64,000 nt of DNA from the NCBI GenBank assembly GCA_964016885.1, contig OZ024743.1:157294001-157358000 (forward strand), written 5' to 3'. The stretch comes from Eledone cirrhosa (lineage: Eukaryota). The stretch's first letter is position 1. Each line of letters starts with the position of its first letter. Of this stretch, positions 1 to 11,700 are shown in pieces. The position numbers were made by a program, and so were the translations under genes. The notes beneath the pieces were generated by a model. That model was not told where the DNA came from. It was given only the letters and a program-made list of their open reading frames with translations, and ran no database searches.

Positions 1-1109
1 CAAGTGAAATCAAGAGAAAAATCAAAGAAAAAAATGTTATTGATAAATTCAAACCCAAGCTAAATGAACAATAATAACGCTTAGGGGTATTACTTCTACT
101 ACCACTATGACTACGACCACTAACAACAACAACAACAACAATAATAATAATAATAAAAGTGATGTTGATGGTGATGATTAATAGAAAATGCTATTTTCAT
201 CATTTCTAAAAATAGCAAAACAATTGATGCTGTGGATATGATTATTGGTCGTTAGACATGCTCAACCAGCAGTGACCCTTAAACCAATCAGCTTTAGTAA
301 TTTCAGTGAAACTACACACTGATTGGTCGAAATACAGTTTACAGGGCTTAGCATTCTGGAGCCACTTTTCTCTGTATAAAATGTATAAAAGGTAGGAAAT
401 TTACCCATCTTATTACAGTTGAAAATTGCAAACTTGACTGTCACCACATATTATGAACCTGAAGATTGCGAAAGCATGAAAGTACTTGTTCAATTAACAC
501 TTAGAATTTAATACGCTATCATACTATTTCATTATAATACCATTATATATTTTAAAGGATTGTAAATAAAACGAGTAAATCAGACAAAGTTGGAATTCCT
601 CTTATTAATATATTAGAAAGTGAGGTTTTTTTTACAAAATGAAAAATAACCGAGGTGTCCTACACGAGTGAAAGTATAAAGAAAAAGAGATGAAATCGAA
701 AATGCAACTGGAGTCTTATTTTTTTTTTAGATATATATATTTATTTGGTTCCTTATATATATATATTGGTTTACGAAGCTAGTCAAACAGAATCATTACA
801 AATCCTGTCGTCACTTTCATAATCAATGGTACGATAAGGTTTGTTTGTTAGAAATGCAAGCCCATTAATCACAGTTAACTCATACCTTAATCAGTTAGCT
901 AAACGACTTCGTTTGGATAATGATATTTGTATATCACATAAACCCGGACAGATAAGCAGTCTCTGTGCTCCAGTCTGTCAATAATAGTCCTAACGGCAAC
1001 CATTGTTGACAATAGTTAGGTAATGTCTGCAGATATTCCATAAGTTGGTGCTGGAAAGCACGTGCTCAGCGGGCGATCACCTCCCACGAATGGAAAAGAT
1101 TGTTTAAAA

Positions 1110-1313
1110 CAGGCATGTCAAACATGCGGCCCTTTAAAACCACACCTTCGGTCCACACAAAGGCTTTTTCATAGCCTGGGCATGTTTCATTTACGTAATA
1201 TAGAATTTTAAAAATGTGTTGTAATGTGCACAGTTAGCTTTCGTGTGTGGGCCTCAGACAACACATATGTGACCCATGTGGCCCTTGGGGTGACCCTCAG
1301 TTTGAGACGCTTG
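1110..1313. mobile_element. hAT/Charlie-type MITE
   Basis: Imperfect TIRs CAGGCATGTCAAAC...GTTTGAGACGCTTG, subterminal TGCGGCCC/TGTGGCCC motifs typical of Charlie elements, and similar 8-bp flanks GTTTAAAA/GCTTAGAA. Confidence 0.6.
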
Positions 1314-1743
1314 GCTTAGAAGTTTCATACAATTCCAGTCGATGACATCACACGGTTAGCAGTTTCAGACCTCTTCTCACACGTGACTACTCTCAAAGAT
1401 GAGGTCGGTCGAAAACTGGCTATTGTTAGGGAACACGTTTGTGGGACATAAAAAAGAAAAAACTGAATATAACTCAAAGCTTTCAACAAGGCTACTTATG
1501 TAAAGAGCAATGACAGAGTTGCAAAAAAAATACATATATAAATTGAAATATAATAAATAAAAAGTTCCGCTTACAAAAAGATACCGATCTATTACCCGGG
1601 AGATTAGATACATATTTGTTTATCTCAGTCCGTTAGTTTAAAATCCAGATGTTTGTTTCGTTGTTATTGATTTTCAAAGCTTTTCGCCACACATTGCTTG
1701 GGTTAGTAGAGTGGGTAATATGAAAAAAATTCGTATATATACA

Positions 1744-1932
1744 TATTTAATGTAGAGAGGCTTCTACAGGACTAGAACTTTTTCATTCCGGAGAAATCAT
1801 CAGGAAGCCCTGATGATTTCTCAGGAATGAAACAGTTCTAGTCCCGTAGAAGCCTTTCTACATTAAATATTTATACTCTGCTTTGAATACCTTACTTAAT
1901 GTAATACCCCCAATAGAACCCGGGATAAACTT
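1744..1932 (+). mobile_element. Short fold-back PLE-type 3'-end insertion (family B) with hammerhead motif
   Basis: Inverted arms about 1744-1804 and 1809-1870, plus a unique tail, between (TA)n tracts. Related rearranged copy at about 8047-8168. Confidence 0.6.
1810..1854 (+). ncRNA. Hammerhead ribozyme core (5' strand of stem I lost at the fold-back)
   Basis: CTGATGA-tttctcaggaat-GAAA-cagttcta-GTC. Mirror copy on the minus strand at 1760-1803. Confidence 0.55.
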
Positions 1933-2621
1933 ATATATATACATATATATATAGACTGGAGTATGTGTGTATATATGTGTGTGTCTATACGTGTGTATAT
2001 AAAGATAAGTTGAGTATGAAAATGTATACACATGAACGCGTATGTATGTAGATGTATATATGTGTATATATATATGTATGCATGTGTATATGTATGCAAA
2101 TATGACCATGTAAGTATGTGTTTGTGAGTATACGTATTTTGTAGAGGTGTGCATATATGTTTTGTGTGAATGCGTGGGCGAAAGCATACGTACACTTGAA
2201 AGATAAATTTAAGTCTGAATGTTCATTAAGTGCAAACACAAAACCAACCACGCATATCTATACTATCTCTAATCCTTCTATAGATTTAGAAAAATAACCA
2301 ATAATATATTCTATAAAAATGTCAAAACAACAGATGGGAATCTAATTACTCACTGCCACCAAAAATTCTCACTGCTATCAAAAAACCACTCCCTCAACTA
2401 TTCTTCTAACAACTTCACCCCTCCCTCCTAATATTCTCTATAAAAACCAAACAGGTCCTCAGTAAAATTATTCCGATGAAATGACAGTTGATAATAACAT
2501 TGAAATATTGAATGTCTGCATAACTAATACTTTGTAGATAGCAGCTGTTTCAGGTTATGTAACTGTTATAGAAACACGTGTCAATAAATTCCTTTTAACT
2601 AAACTGTATCCATTAAAATCC

Positions 2622-2673
<52 letters not shown>

Positions 2674-2821
2674 CAAATTTATACGGGATGTAATCTGAGT
2701 TTTTCGAATATTAATAATAACATTCGATTCGTTTGCAACTATGCCAACAATTCTCATTTTTATAGCCATGTCATTAGAATGAACACTTTATTCTTGCTTT
2801 TGTGTTGGTATGTAAACAGAA

Positions 2822-2865
2822 CTGCAGACACTAATCTTTCTGGGAATCATCCTTCATCAGTACAG
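2822..2865 (-). ncRNA. Minimal type-I hammerhead ribozyme
   Basis: Minus strand reads ctgta CTGATGA aggatgattccca GAAA gattagtg TC tgcag. A decayed third copy lies at about 3262-3305. Confidence 0.65.
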
Positions 2866-3630
2866 CTGACTGTTCACCTGCCAACTGTCAGAGCTAGTGA
2901 AAATATATGCTATTTTCTAAAATATACATTGACTGATCGGCCTGATTTGCATATTAGCAGACTGGCTGATTAGTCAGATCTGCATATTAGCAGATCCACT
3001 GATTAGCCAGATTTGCATATCAGCAGACTGGCCAGTCAGTTTCCTGTGTATACGAGCGATAAATGTCCGGCTTTGCCAAATTCAAATAATAAAAAAATGT
3101 TTCGCTCTACATGGCTGAATACAATAAATGTAATCGGAGTTTTTCGAATATTAATAATAACATTCGATTCGTTTGCAATTATGCAAACAAGCCTCATGTT
3201 TGTAGCCATGTCAGTAGAATGAACTCTTCATTCTTGCTCCTGTGTTGGCGTGTAAACAGAAATGCAGGCACTCTTGTTTCTGGGACTCACCCTTCATCAC
3301 TACAGCTCACTGTTCACCTGCCAACTGTCAGAGCTTGTGAAAATATATGCTATTTTCTAAAATATACACTGACTGATCGGCCAGATTTGCATGTTAGCAG
3401 ATTGGCTGGGCAGTCAGATCTACATATTAGCAGATCCGTCACTGTATATTTTAGAAAAATAGCAGATCAGTCACTGTATATTTTAGAAATTGGCAGATCA
3501 GTCACTGTATATTTTGGAAATTGGCAGATCAGCCACTGTATATTTTAGAAATTGGGAGATCAGTCACTGTATATTTTAGAAAATAGCATATATTTTCACT
3601 AGCTCTGACAGTTTGCAGGTGAACAGTGAG

Positions 3631-3674
3631 CTGTACTGATGAAGGCTGATGTCCAGAAACATTAGTGTCTGCAG
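3631..3674 (+). ncRNA. Minimal type-I hammerhead ribozyme
   Basis: ctgta CTGATGA aggctgatgtcca GAAA cattagtg TC tgcag: stem I ctgta/tgcag, GUC triplet, near-palindromic stem III. Confidence 0.75.
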
Positions 3675-3857
3675 TTCTGTTTACATGCCAACACAAGAGC
3701 AAGAATGAAGAGTTCATTCTACTGACATGGTTATAAAAATGAGGCTTTTTGCATAATTGCAAACGAATCGAATATTATCATTAATATTCGAAAAACTCAG
3801 ATTACATTTATTGTATTCAGCCATGTAGAGCCAACATTTTCTTTATATATATATATA

Positions 3858-4054
3858 GGATAGGAAAAAGTATGAACCCGACGGCAGAGATCAAGCCGTT
3901 TCGACAGGTATTTCTGAGTCAAGAAATAGCCGTCGAAACGGCTTGAGCTCTGCCGTCGGGGTCATACCTTTTTTTATTTCCCACTCTACTACCCTAAGTA
4001 TTGAGTACTCTGGTGGGTTATGGTCCATCTGGTTCCTTACCACAATTCCTTTGT
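3858..4054 (+). mobile_element. Family A ~200-bp fold-back element
   Basis: Inverted arms of about 55-60 bp plus a tail of about 85 bp ending GGTTCCTTACCACA..TTCCTT.G-(TA)n. Contains the HHR 3' half GAAA-CGGCTTGAGCTC(T)GCCG-TC. Confidence 0.75.
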
Positions 4055-4064
4055 TATATATATA

Positions 4065-4228
4065 TATATGGATGTATATATAATGTATTTTGCAATACAC
4101 TTTATGCTTAATTAAAAGCATTTTGAAGACCGTAAGCTTTTAATTAAGCTTTTAATTAAGCATGAAGTGTATTGCAAAATACATTATATATACATCCATA
4201 TATATATATTGCTATTTCAGAGCTCCAA

Positions 4229-4234
<6 letters not shown>
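4065..4234 (+). repeat. Short fold-back insertion between (TA)n tracts
   Basis: GGATGTATATATAATGTATTTTGCAATACACTT..TAATTAAAAGC is mirrored at 4147-4200, followed by a short unique tail. Confidence 0.55.
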
Positions 4235-4274
<40 letters not shown>

Positions 4275-4931
4275 AAAGAATAGAGGTGTAACACACAAGT
4301 TATTATATATTGGTAAACGGAATAGAAAATGCTGACAAATTGTTCACAGTTGAAAAATGGTTTAATTAGGAATAAAAGAGTATTAGTGATTGTATGGGTT
4401 AGTATTCAGGTGTGGTTTTAAGTTTTTAAGTTTTTACCGGTTGCGCATTTCTAAATGCTTTTCAAAAATAATTTTGAGATAGAGTGTCCGTGCTGTTTGC
4501 TCTGATCTGATTAGTTTTGGGAATTCTACCTGTTTTTATGTTAAAAAAGTGGCTCCAGCGTTATTTTTGTGTTGCAAAAATGCTTGTGGTCAAAACAATT
4601 TTGATTGGTCGGTAGAGGTCATGCGAATGTAAAAAGTTGATTTTGCGCCAAGACTGTTTTCATGTTAAAAAAGTGGCTCCAGCAAAAATTCTTGGTCAAA
4701 ACAATTTTGATTGGTCGGTAGAGGTCATGTGGATAAAAAATTGGTTTTGCGCCAAGATTGAGAAATGACTCTTTCACAACAAATATGTGTGTGTGTGTGT
4801 ATGTGTATGTGAGTGTGTGTGTGTATATGTGTGTATGTGTGTGTGTGTGTGTGTGTAGTAGTAGTAGTAAGGTATTCGATGCTGCGACAATGGCCAGCAG
4901 CGATGTGTGTCAAATGGCTATTAAGATAAGT

Positions 4932-4984
<53 letters not shown>

Positions 4985-5046
4985 GCAGAGTCATTCGAAG
5001 GTCAAAAGATATTTTTCAGCGTTTGTCTTATACGGAGAAGTGCGTG

Positions 5047-5077
<31 letters not shown>

Positions 5078-5317
5078 ATAAGTCTCATTGTATGTTGATG
5101 TACGCGTGTGTATGTGTTTGTGTATATATGTGTGTGTGTGTGTGTGTGGGTGGACCAGTATTTTTTCCCCCTGGTAAAATGGTGAACATTATTCGATTTT
5201 TTCAGTAAAATCGGTTCTCTTAAAGAACATCAAAAATCTTAATAATAAAAGGTGTGAAATGATATTCACTATATATATATACACACATACATATATCCAC
5301 TACATATATATATATAT

Positions 5318-5954
5318 GGTGGCTGCCAACTCGTTTTCGAGTACGGCCACTACTTTACATCCATGTAGGATAACCCCTACCGAAGCGCTGAACGAGTGTG
5401 ACTTTTTAGTCCAGCCAGCGACTTGAAACCTCTGGTACAAACACTACACCTGTGACAACCATTGACACATAGTGCTAGGCCCATGGTAGGACAATTATTG
5501 ACACATAGTGCTGGGCCCATGTGAGGACAAGTGCAGAGAGATCTCCAGATATAAAGCAATGCCTGTGCCGTGAAGCTTTTATAGTGAGCAAAGGCACTGC
5601 ACAAAGCCAGTCCCACTCTCTTAACCAAGATGCTATTTACCAAAAAGAAGAACAAGTCAACATCATTGGATACCATCAGGGTTGCAGGTGTTATATCAGA
5701 GTTTTCCTTCTCCTAGAATTCTGCCTTGACTAAGGCTAAAGGGGTCATCTCTCCCGGTGATTTTGGATGGCCATTGACTCTTAAGAGCTCCTTTGCCCTT
5801 TGACAGGTTTTGTTTTTAGTCCTGCAGGATGTCCAAAGTCACCCTCCTCACCAAGAAACCTTGGTGGGGTTGCCAGTTTAGTCGCCAACGACCCGACCAT
5901 GAGACAGGTTGTACTGGGATACATGTTACCAGTAGCACCAACTGGTGACCTGAC
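5318..5954 (-). mobile_element. RTE-derived non-autonomous (bipartite) element inserted in the PLE arm
   Basis: Absent from the mirror arm, where the empty site is a (TA)n tract at about 6985-7000. The 3' part encodes a C-terminal zinc-finger-like CSVCTRGFKSLAGLKSH and ends in a hairpin; the 5' part resembles an RTE 5'UTR. Confidence 0.55.
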
Positions 5955-6296
5955 ATATATATATATATACATATATACATACATATATATGCACACATAT
6001 TTCTTTGTATTGCACCATAGAGCATGTGTGTTTACGTGTGTCATTGTGTTTATATGTGGGTAGAGATGTGTGCTGATGTAGGTATGTATGTTGACGTGTG
6101 TATGTTGTGGGTTCGTCTTAGGGAGAAGTGTTTAGACGGGGTCCGTATTTGTTAATGAAGTAAGATTCCTTGCTGATGCGCTGACCTTAGACACCCTAAA
6201 GTAAATCAACCAAAACTAAAAGCTCTTCTATACATCTCCACACACAACCCCCTCAACAATGAGGCCTTTGACACCATCCTCCAGAACATACCTGTA

Positions 6297-6836
6297 TTGA
6301 AAAAGGACCATAGAATGAACCAAATTCTACGAACACACGATATCATAAAGAGCAAAAGACAATCCAAGTCAATGAAAAACATCTTAACACATGCCAAAGT
6401 ACTGCCAACCACAATAACGAAACCCACAGTAAAAAAATGCGATAGACCCAACTGTGGCATTTGCATCAACCTAATAGAGGGTTCGGAATTCTATTTCAAA
6501 GATAGACAACGTTTTATAGTAAAACACAATTTCACATGTGCATCGGAAAATCTAATATATGTATTAACTTGTTCAGGTTGTCGAGAACAATACATAGGCC
6601 AGACCAAAAACAGTCTCCGCCAACGCATGACTGTCCATAGATCCCAAATTAAAATACGGGAATACAGGAAAATTCCACTGAGTGAACACATTGATACCTG
6701 TGCCGCCCAAAATCATCCCAACTTCAGAATGTTTCCCCTCTACAAATTTAAAGATAATGCCACCCACACCCAGCGCATCAGCAAGGAATCTTACTTCATT
6801 AACAAATACGGACCCCGTCTAAACACTTCTCCCTAA
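6297..6836 (+). CDS. PLE GIY-YIG endonuclease domain (C-terminal part of the ORF)
   Basis: KKCDRPNCGIC linker, NLIYVLTCSGC...YIGQT...RMTVH...LSEH (GIY-YIG with CCHH), terminal E..FI...P.LN. Confidence 0.85.
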   Translation: MKKDHRMNQILRTHDIIKSKRQSKSMKNILTHAKVLPTTITKPTVKKCDRPNCGICINLIEGSEFYFKDRQRFIVKHNFTCASENLIYVLTCSGCREQYIGQTKNSLRQRMTVHRSQIKIREYRKIPLSEHIDTCAAQNHPNFRMFPLYKFKDNATHTQRISKESYFINKYGPRLNTSP

Positions 6837-7224
6837 GACGAACCCACAACATACACACGTCAACATACATACCTACATCAGCACACATCTCTACCCACAT
6901 ATAAACACAATGACACACGTAAACACACATGCTCTATGGTGCAATACAAAGAAATATGTGTGCATATATATGTATGTATATATGTATATATATATATATG
7001 TAGTGGATATATGTATGTGTGTATATATATATAGTGAATATCATTTCACACATTTTATTGTTAAGATTTTTGATGTTCTATTAAGAGAACCGATTTTACT
7101 GAAAAAATCGAATAATGTACACCATTTTACCAGGGGGAAAAAATACTGGTCCACCCACACACACACACACACACACATATATACACAAACACATACACAC
7201 GCGTACATCAACATACAAAGAGAC

Positions 7225-7286
<62 letters not shown>

Positions 7287-7348
7287 CACGCACTTCTCCG
7301 TATAAGACAAAAGCTGAAAAATATCTTTTGACCTTCGAATGACTCTGC

Positions 7349-7393
<45 letters not shown>

Positions 7394-7493
7394 ATCTTAA
7401 TAGCCATTTGACACACATCGCTGCTGGCCATTGTCGCAGCATCGAACACCTTACTACTACTACTACTACACACACACACACACACACACGCAT

Positions 7494-7543
<50 letters not shown>

Positions 7544-7857
7544 TTGTTGTGAAAGAGTCATTTCTCAATCTTGGCGCAAAACCAATTTTTTATCCACATG
7601 ACCTCTACCGACCAATCAAAATTGTTTTGACCAAGAATTTTTGCTGGAGCCACTTTTTTAACAGGAAAACAGTCTTGGCGCAAAATCAACTTTTTACATT
7701 CACATGACCTCTACCGACCAATCAAAATTGTTTTGACCACAAGCATTTTTGCAACACAAAAATAACGCTGGAGCCACTTTTTTAACATAAAAACAGGTAG
7801 AATTCCCAAAACTAATCAGATCAGAGCAAACAGCACGGACACTCTATCTCAAAATTA

Positions 7858-7894
7858 TTTTTGAAAAGCATTTAGAAATGCGCAACCGGTAAAA
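7858..7894 (+). ncRNA. Variant minimal hammerhead (U3:A8, GCAA)
   Basis: ttt TTGAAAA gcattt-ag-aaatgc GCAA ccgg TA aaa. The same sequence is mirrored at about 4432-4468. Confidence 0.5.
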
Positions 7895-8012
7895 ACTTAA
7901 AAACTTAAAACCACAACTGAATACTAACCCATACAATCACTAATACTCTTTTATTCCTAATTAAACCATTTTTCAACTGTGAACAATTTGTCAGCATTTT
8001 CTATTCCGTTTA

Positions 8013-8046
<34 letters not shown>

Positions 8047-8047
<1 letters not shown>

Positions 8048-8167
8048 GTAGGTCCCGGGTTGAGTCGGGGATAACCACAGTAAGTAAGGTACTCAATACA
8101 TGGCAGAGTACCTTACTTCAGGAAGATTTCATCTGAATGAAACAGTACTAGTCCTGTAGAAGCTCCT

Positions 8168-8168
<1 letters not shown>
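8047..8168. mobile_element. Family B copy with internal inversion
   Basis: The tail of the 1744-1932 element appears here on the minus strand, followed by GAAACAGTACTAGTCCTGTAGAAGC on the plus strand. (TA)n on both sides. Confidence 0.55.
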
Positions 8169-8214
<46 letters not shown>

Positions 8215-8217
<3 letters not shown>

Positions 8218-8422
8218 AACCAGTGAGACCCCGACAGCTGAGCTCAAGCCGTTTCGACGGCTAATTCTGGACTAGAAATGGCTAGTCCAGAATTAGCTGT
8301 CGAAACGGCTTGAGCTGAGCTGTCGGGGTCTTACTGGTTCCTATTACCCACTCTACTACCTCAAGTATTGAGTACTTTGGTGCGTTATGGTCCACCTGGT
8401 TCCTTACCACATTTCCTTCGTT
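8215..8422 (+). mobile_element. Family A fold-back element; a truncated minus-strand copy lies at 8438-8509
   Basis: Same architecture as 3858-4054. The two copies are tail-to-tail across one (TA)n tract. Confidence 0.8.
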
Positions 8423-8550
8423 ATATATATATATATATAACGAAGGAAATGTGGTAAGAAACCAGGTGGACCATAACGCACCAAAGTACTCAATACTTAG
8501 GGTAGTAGATATATATCAAGTAAGAATATTTTCGAAACACATATATATAT

Positions 8551-8613
<63 letters not shown>

Positions 8614-8712
8614 AAGGTTTTATTTAAAATTGTTGTGTTACAACAAGTAAATATTTTATAACTGATATAGAGCACTCGACAAGTTTTTGGAGTAGATATA
8701 CGATATTAAACA

Positions 8713-9280
8713 AATGGAAACTATATTTATAAAACCATATTTATTTCATTATACATATTTCAGGGATACCATATTAAAAAATATGACATGCCTTCGTCAG
8801 ATAAAATACAATATATAAACAGTTTTATCTCTGTTTTTTCTTTCTCTCCGTTTTTTCTAACTGTGCTTAACACTATAACTAATAATTATTATCCTCTCTC
8901 TATATATATAGTACTCCCTCTCTCTTGTGTTTATTTATCTATTGCTCTCTTATTCCTATCTATTTATATATTTTTTCTCTCTCTCCTTTCCCTTCTCTCC
9001 CCTATCTCTCTCTGTTTCTTCTTTACCTCCGTTTCTTCTTTTTTCTCTCCGTCTTTTTTCTAACTGTGCTTAACACTATAACTAAATAAATATAAACAAA
9101 TTCACTATCCAGACAGCTTCCTAATATAATGGTCGCTTATATTATGGTACGTCAAAATTATTTATAAAACTGTTTATATATTGTATTTTATCTGACGAAG
9201 GCATGCCATATTTTTTAATATGGTATCCCTGAAATATGTATAATGAAATAAATATGGTTTTATGAATATAGTTTCCATTT
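8713..9280. mobile_element. Fold-back non-coding insertion with hammerhead (family E)
   Basis: Arms about 8713-8827 and 9165-9280 around a pyrimidine-rich spacer that has an internal direct repeat. Confidence 0.6.
9184..9250 (+). ncRNA. Type-I hammerhead ribozyme
   Basis: tattttat CTGACGA agg-catgccatatttttt-aatatggtatc-cct GAAA tatgta TA atgaaata: 8-bp stem I and long stem II. Mirror copy at about 8741-8808 on the minus strand. Confidence 0.7.
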
Positions 9281-10554
9281 TTTTTATATCGTATATATAT
9301 ATATATATATATATATAGATACACACATAAGCAATATAAGCAATATAAGCATAATTTAATTGTTGTTTGAATTACAAATTTCAATACCGCTCACTGACCA
9401 ATGGTTACATCTTGGTATGGAATTCTCAGACGTCCAGTTCAAGTAGTGTACCTTTACACCATACACATATTCAGTTGCTTCGGTAATTTTTGTAATTGTA
9501 TTTCTGTTTATATGGTGTAAGCTCTATATGCATATATGTATGGATTTATTTGTTACGTCAGAAATAAGGAGGACTCTCGCTATATTTTTTGTTTTGTTTT
9601 TTGTCTTGGTTAGCTCAAGTTAGCACTATGCATAATAAATGACAGACTATGAACTTCGTGTAACTTAGCTTGTCATCAAGCATTCAGTTGTACTCCTAAA
9701 TTATCGATTTTTCAGAATAATCTTGTCATTATGACAATATAGAATTTAATACAATTCTTTAAAAAACGAACAAAAACTAAGTAGACAAATAGATACTGGG
9801 TATTGAACTGCCCGCACCTGATTCGAATATTCGTTGAAAGTATTTCATTTATTCGTTACGAAAGTCATCTAATTCTATCTGTTCTGTTTTTTTAAAGATC
9901 CTGCTGCTGTTACTTATGATCGACTGGTATTATGCACACCGGAATATTTAACTCACACACAATACTTTAATATTACAAAGTATAAAGCCAATTTATGATT
10001 TCACAAAGTATAAAGCCATTTATGATTTCACATTATTACACATAGCTTATTATACGTTGAATTATTTCAAATAATGTTGATAATGTACTCCTCTTATTTG
10101 TAATCCAGCCAATCTAATGGAACTATGTTCAATCTAATATTATTAATATCGGATTAAATATATGACGCATCCAAACTTTCTCCTGATCTTATCTTGAATA
10201 ACACATTATAGTGTCAACATGAATGTCCATTTTAATATTTTTGTTCGATTAGAAAAGTTATAAAATTAGACAGTAACGGCATATCTTTTTGTGTTGTTGT
10301 TGTTTTTCGTCTTATTTACACTAAAATAAGTAAGAATTGATGATGTGGCCTCTTTAAGAATATGACAAAGGAAAATATATTTAGTCGTTTTCTTGTTGGC
10401 GGAATATGAGAGCTACTAGCGTAGGATGAAGGATGAACGATAATAATCCCATAACTCCTCGTGTAATCGTAGAGGCACCGTCAAACAGCATATCTAGGGC
10501 ACTTTTAAATCTGATGGAGCCCAACCCTCTCCAGCTTTGTACACGGCCGGTATT

Positions 10555-10700
10555 TTCTATATCGACCACAGTATTGAACTGGTGCTTTTTTATCGGCCTC
10601 GAAGTAATGAATGGCAAAGTTGAATCCCGCGGCATTTGTACTCAGAGCGTGCAATGAGGTGAGACGAATACCGTAAAACATTCTATCCCACATCTTAACG
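10555..10700 (-). mobile_element. Decayed tRNA-derived SINE (Meta-type core)
   Basis: Minus strand CTGAGTACAAATGCCGCG..AACTTTGCCATTCATT..GAGGCCGATAAAA..CACCAG resembles 30908-31095. Confidence 0.5.
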
Positions 10701-10919
10701 ACTCAGCCAATTGATACCTTCTACTAACGAATGAAAGGAGCTAAAAATATATAAGCTTGTTATGATTACTCAAGTTGCCAAACGAGAACATATACTGTTA
10801 GCAGTTAAATATACTGTTAGCAGTTAAACATCTTAATGATCTAATGATTAATTACATCGATTAAATATGTGTATGCGTGAGATTCTGTCTATGAATATAT
10901 GCATAACATCTATAGATAT

Positions 10920-11660
10920 TAAAACAGTCGACATGTTCAACTACGGGGGGTGCACCATCACATCAGATGCCAAGATTGACAGGGAAATCGGCAACAGACT
11001 GGCAACAGTAAGCAGTGCATTTGGCAGGATGAACAAACATGTGTGTAACTATATACTCCTGTTGAAGAGAAACAAGATCAGAGTATACAGAGCCATATTC
11101 CTTAAACCCTCGTATATGGTTCAGAGCCGTGGGTCTCTTATAGCCCTCTTCTTTGACACCTAGAACTCTTTCACCAGCACTGACTCCGCACCATCCTGAA
11201 CATCCACTGAAAGGATTTTGTCACCGATGTTGAAGTCCTTCAAGGAGCGGTGGTCAACAACATTGAGTTCATGCTGTTGGAGTCCCAAATACGCTGGGAA
11301 GGGCCCGTTCCTAGAATCACGCTGTACGTAGAATTCTCCAATGGCCATCGTGACAGAGGGTACCAAGGAAGCGATATAAGGACTGTTTGAGTAAATCTCT
11401 TGTTGTCTGTCATATTAACCATCACTAGTGGTCCAACGTAGCTGAGGATCGTCCCGCCTGGCATCTTACCATCAGCCATGCTGTCTCCTTAAAAAACACC
11501 CACAGCGCCTCCACAGAGGACAAAAGGCATAGAAATATGAACCACAGCATCCAAGTCATCAAACCCGGAACAGATATAAGATGTAGCGGCTACAGCCGTG
11601 CCTGTCTGTTCCGTATTGGCCTGAACAGCTACGGGGGTGTCTGCCGTCTGCGTGGTATCC
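10920..11660 (+). pseudogene. Decayed RTE-clade LINE ORF2 3' fragment
   Basis: F.Y.G.TITSDAKIDREI.NRLA...SAFGR...KIRVYRAI matches the RTE thumb/C-terminal region. Frameshifted. Confidence 0.7.
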
Positions 11661-11700
11661 ATAATTTTATATATCTATATCTATATATATATATATATAT

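Larger units (their letters stand above)
2671..3845. mobile_element. Retrozyme-like non-coding element: ~440-nt tandem units on the minus strand plus an inverted copy
   Basis: Direct repeat starting at 2688 and 3128, inverted copy about 3558-3843, internal ~31-bp minisatellite (GATCAGTCACTGTATATTTTAGAAATTGGCA), an HHR in each unit, and (TA)n on both flanks. Confidence 0.65.
4271..8017. mobile_element. Neptune/Naiad-type PLE, 5'-truncated, as a head-to-head palindrome
   Basis: Left arm 4271-6183 (interrupted at 5318-5954) mirrors right arm 6771-8017. The spacer 6184-6770 encodes most of the GIY-YIG ORF. (TA)n on both flanks. Confidence 0.9.

Noticed and set aside
3430-3585. CRISPR-like array
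   Set aside because: Contiguous ~31-bp tandem units without unique spacers, in a eukaryotic context with no cas genes.
3095-3845. MITE or Foldback DNA transposon with ~280-bp TIRs
   Set aside because: The arms contain hammerheads and a third tandem copy lies upstream. It is better explained as a retrozyme-like fold-back.
10381-10693. Possible host exon(s)
   Set aside because: Overlaps a decayed SINE on the minus strand and has no recognisable domain.
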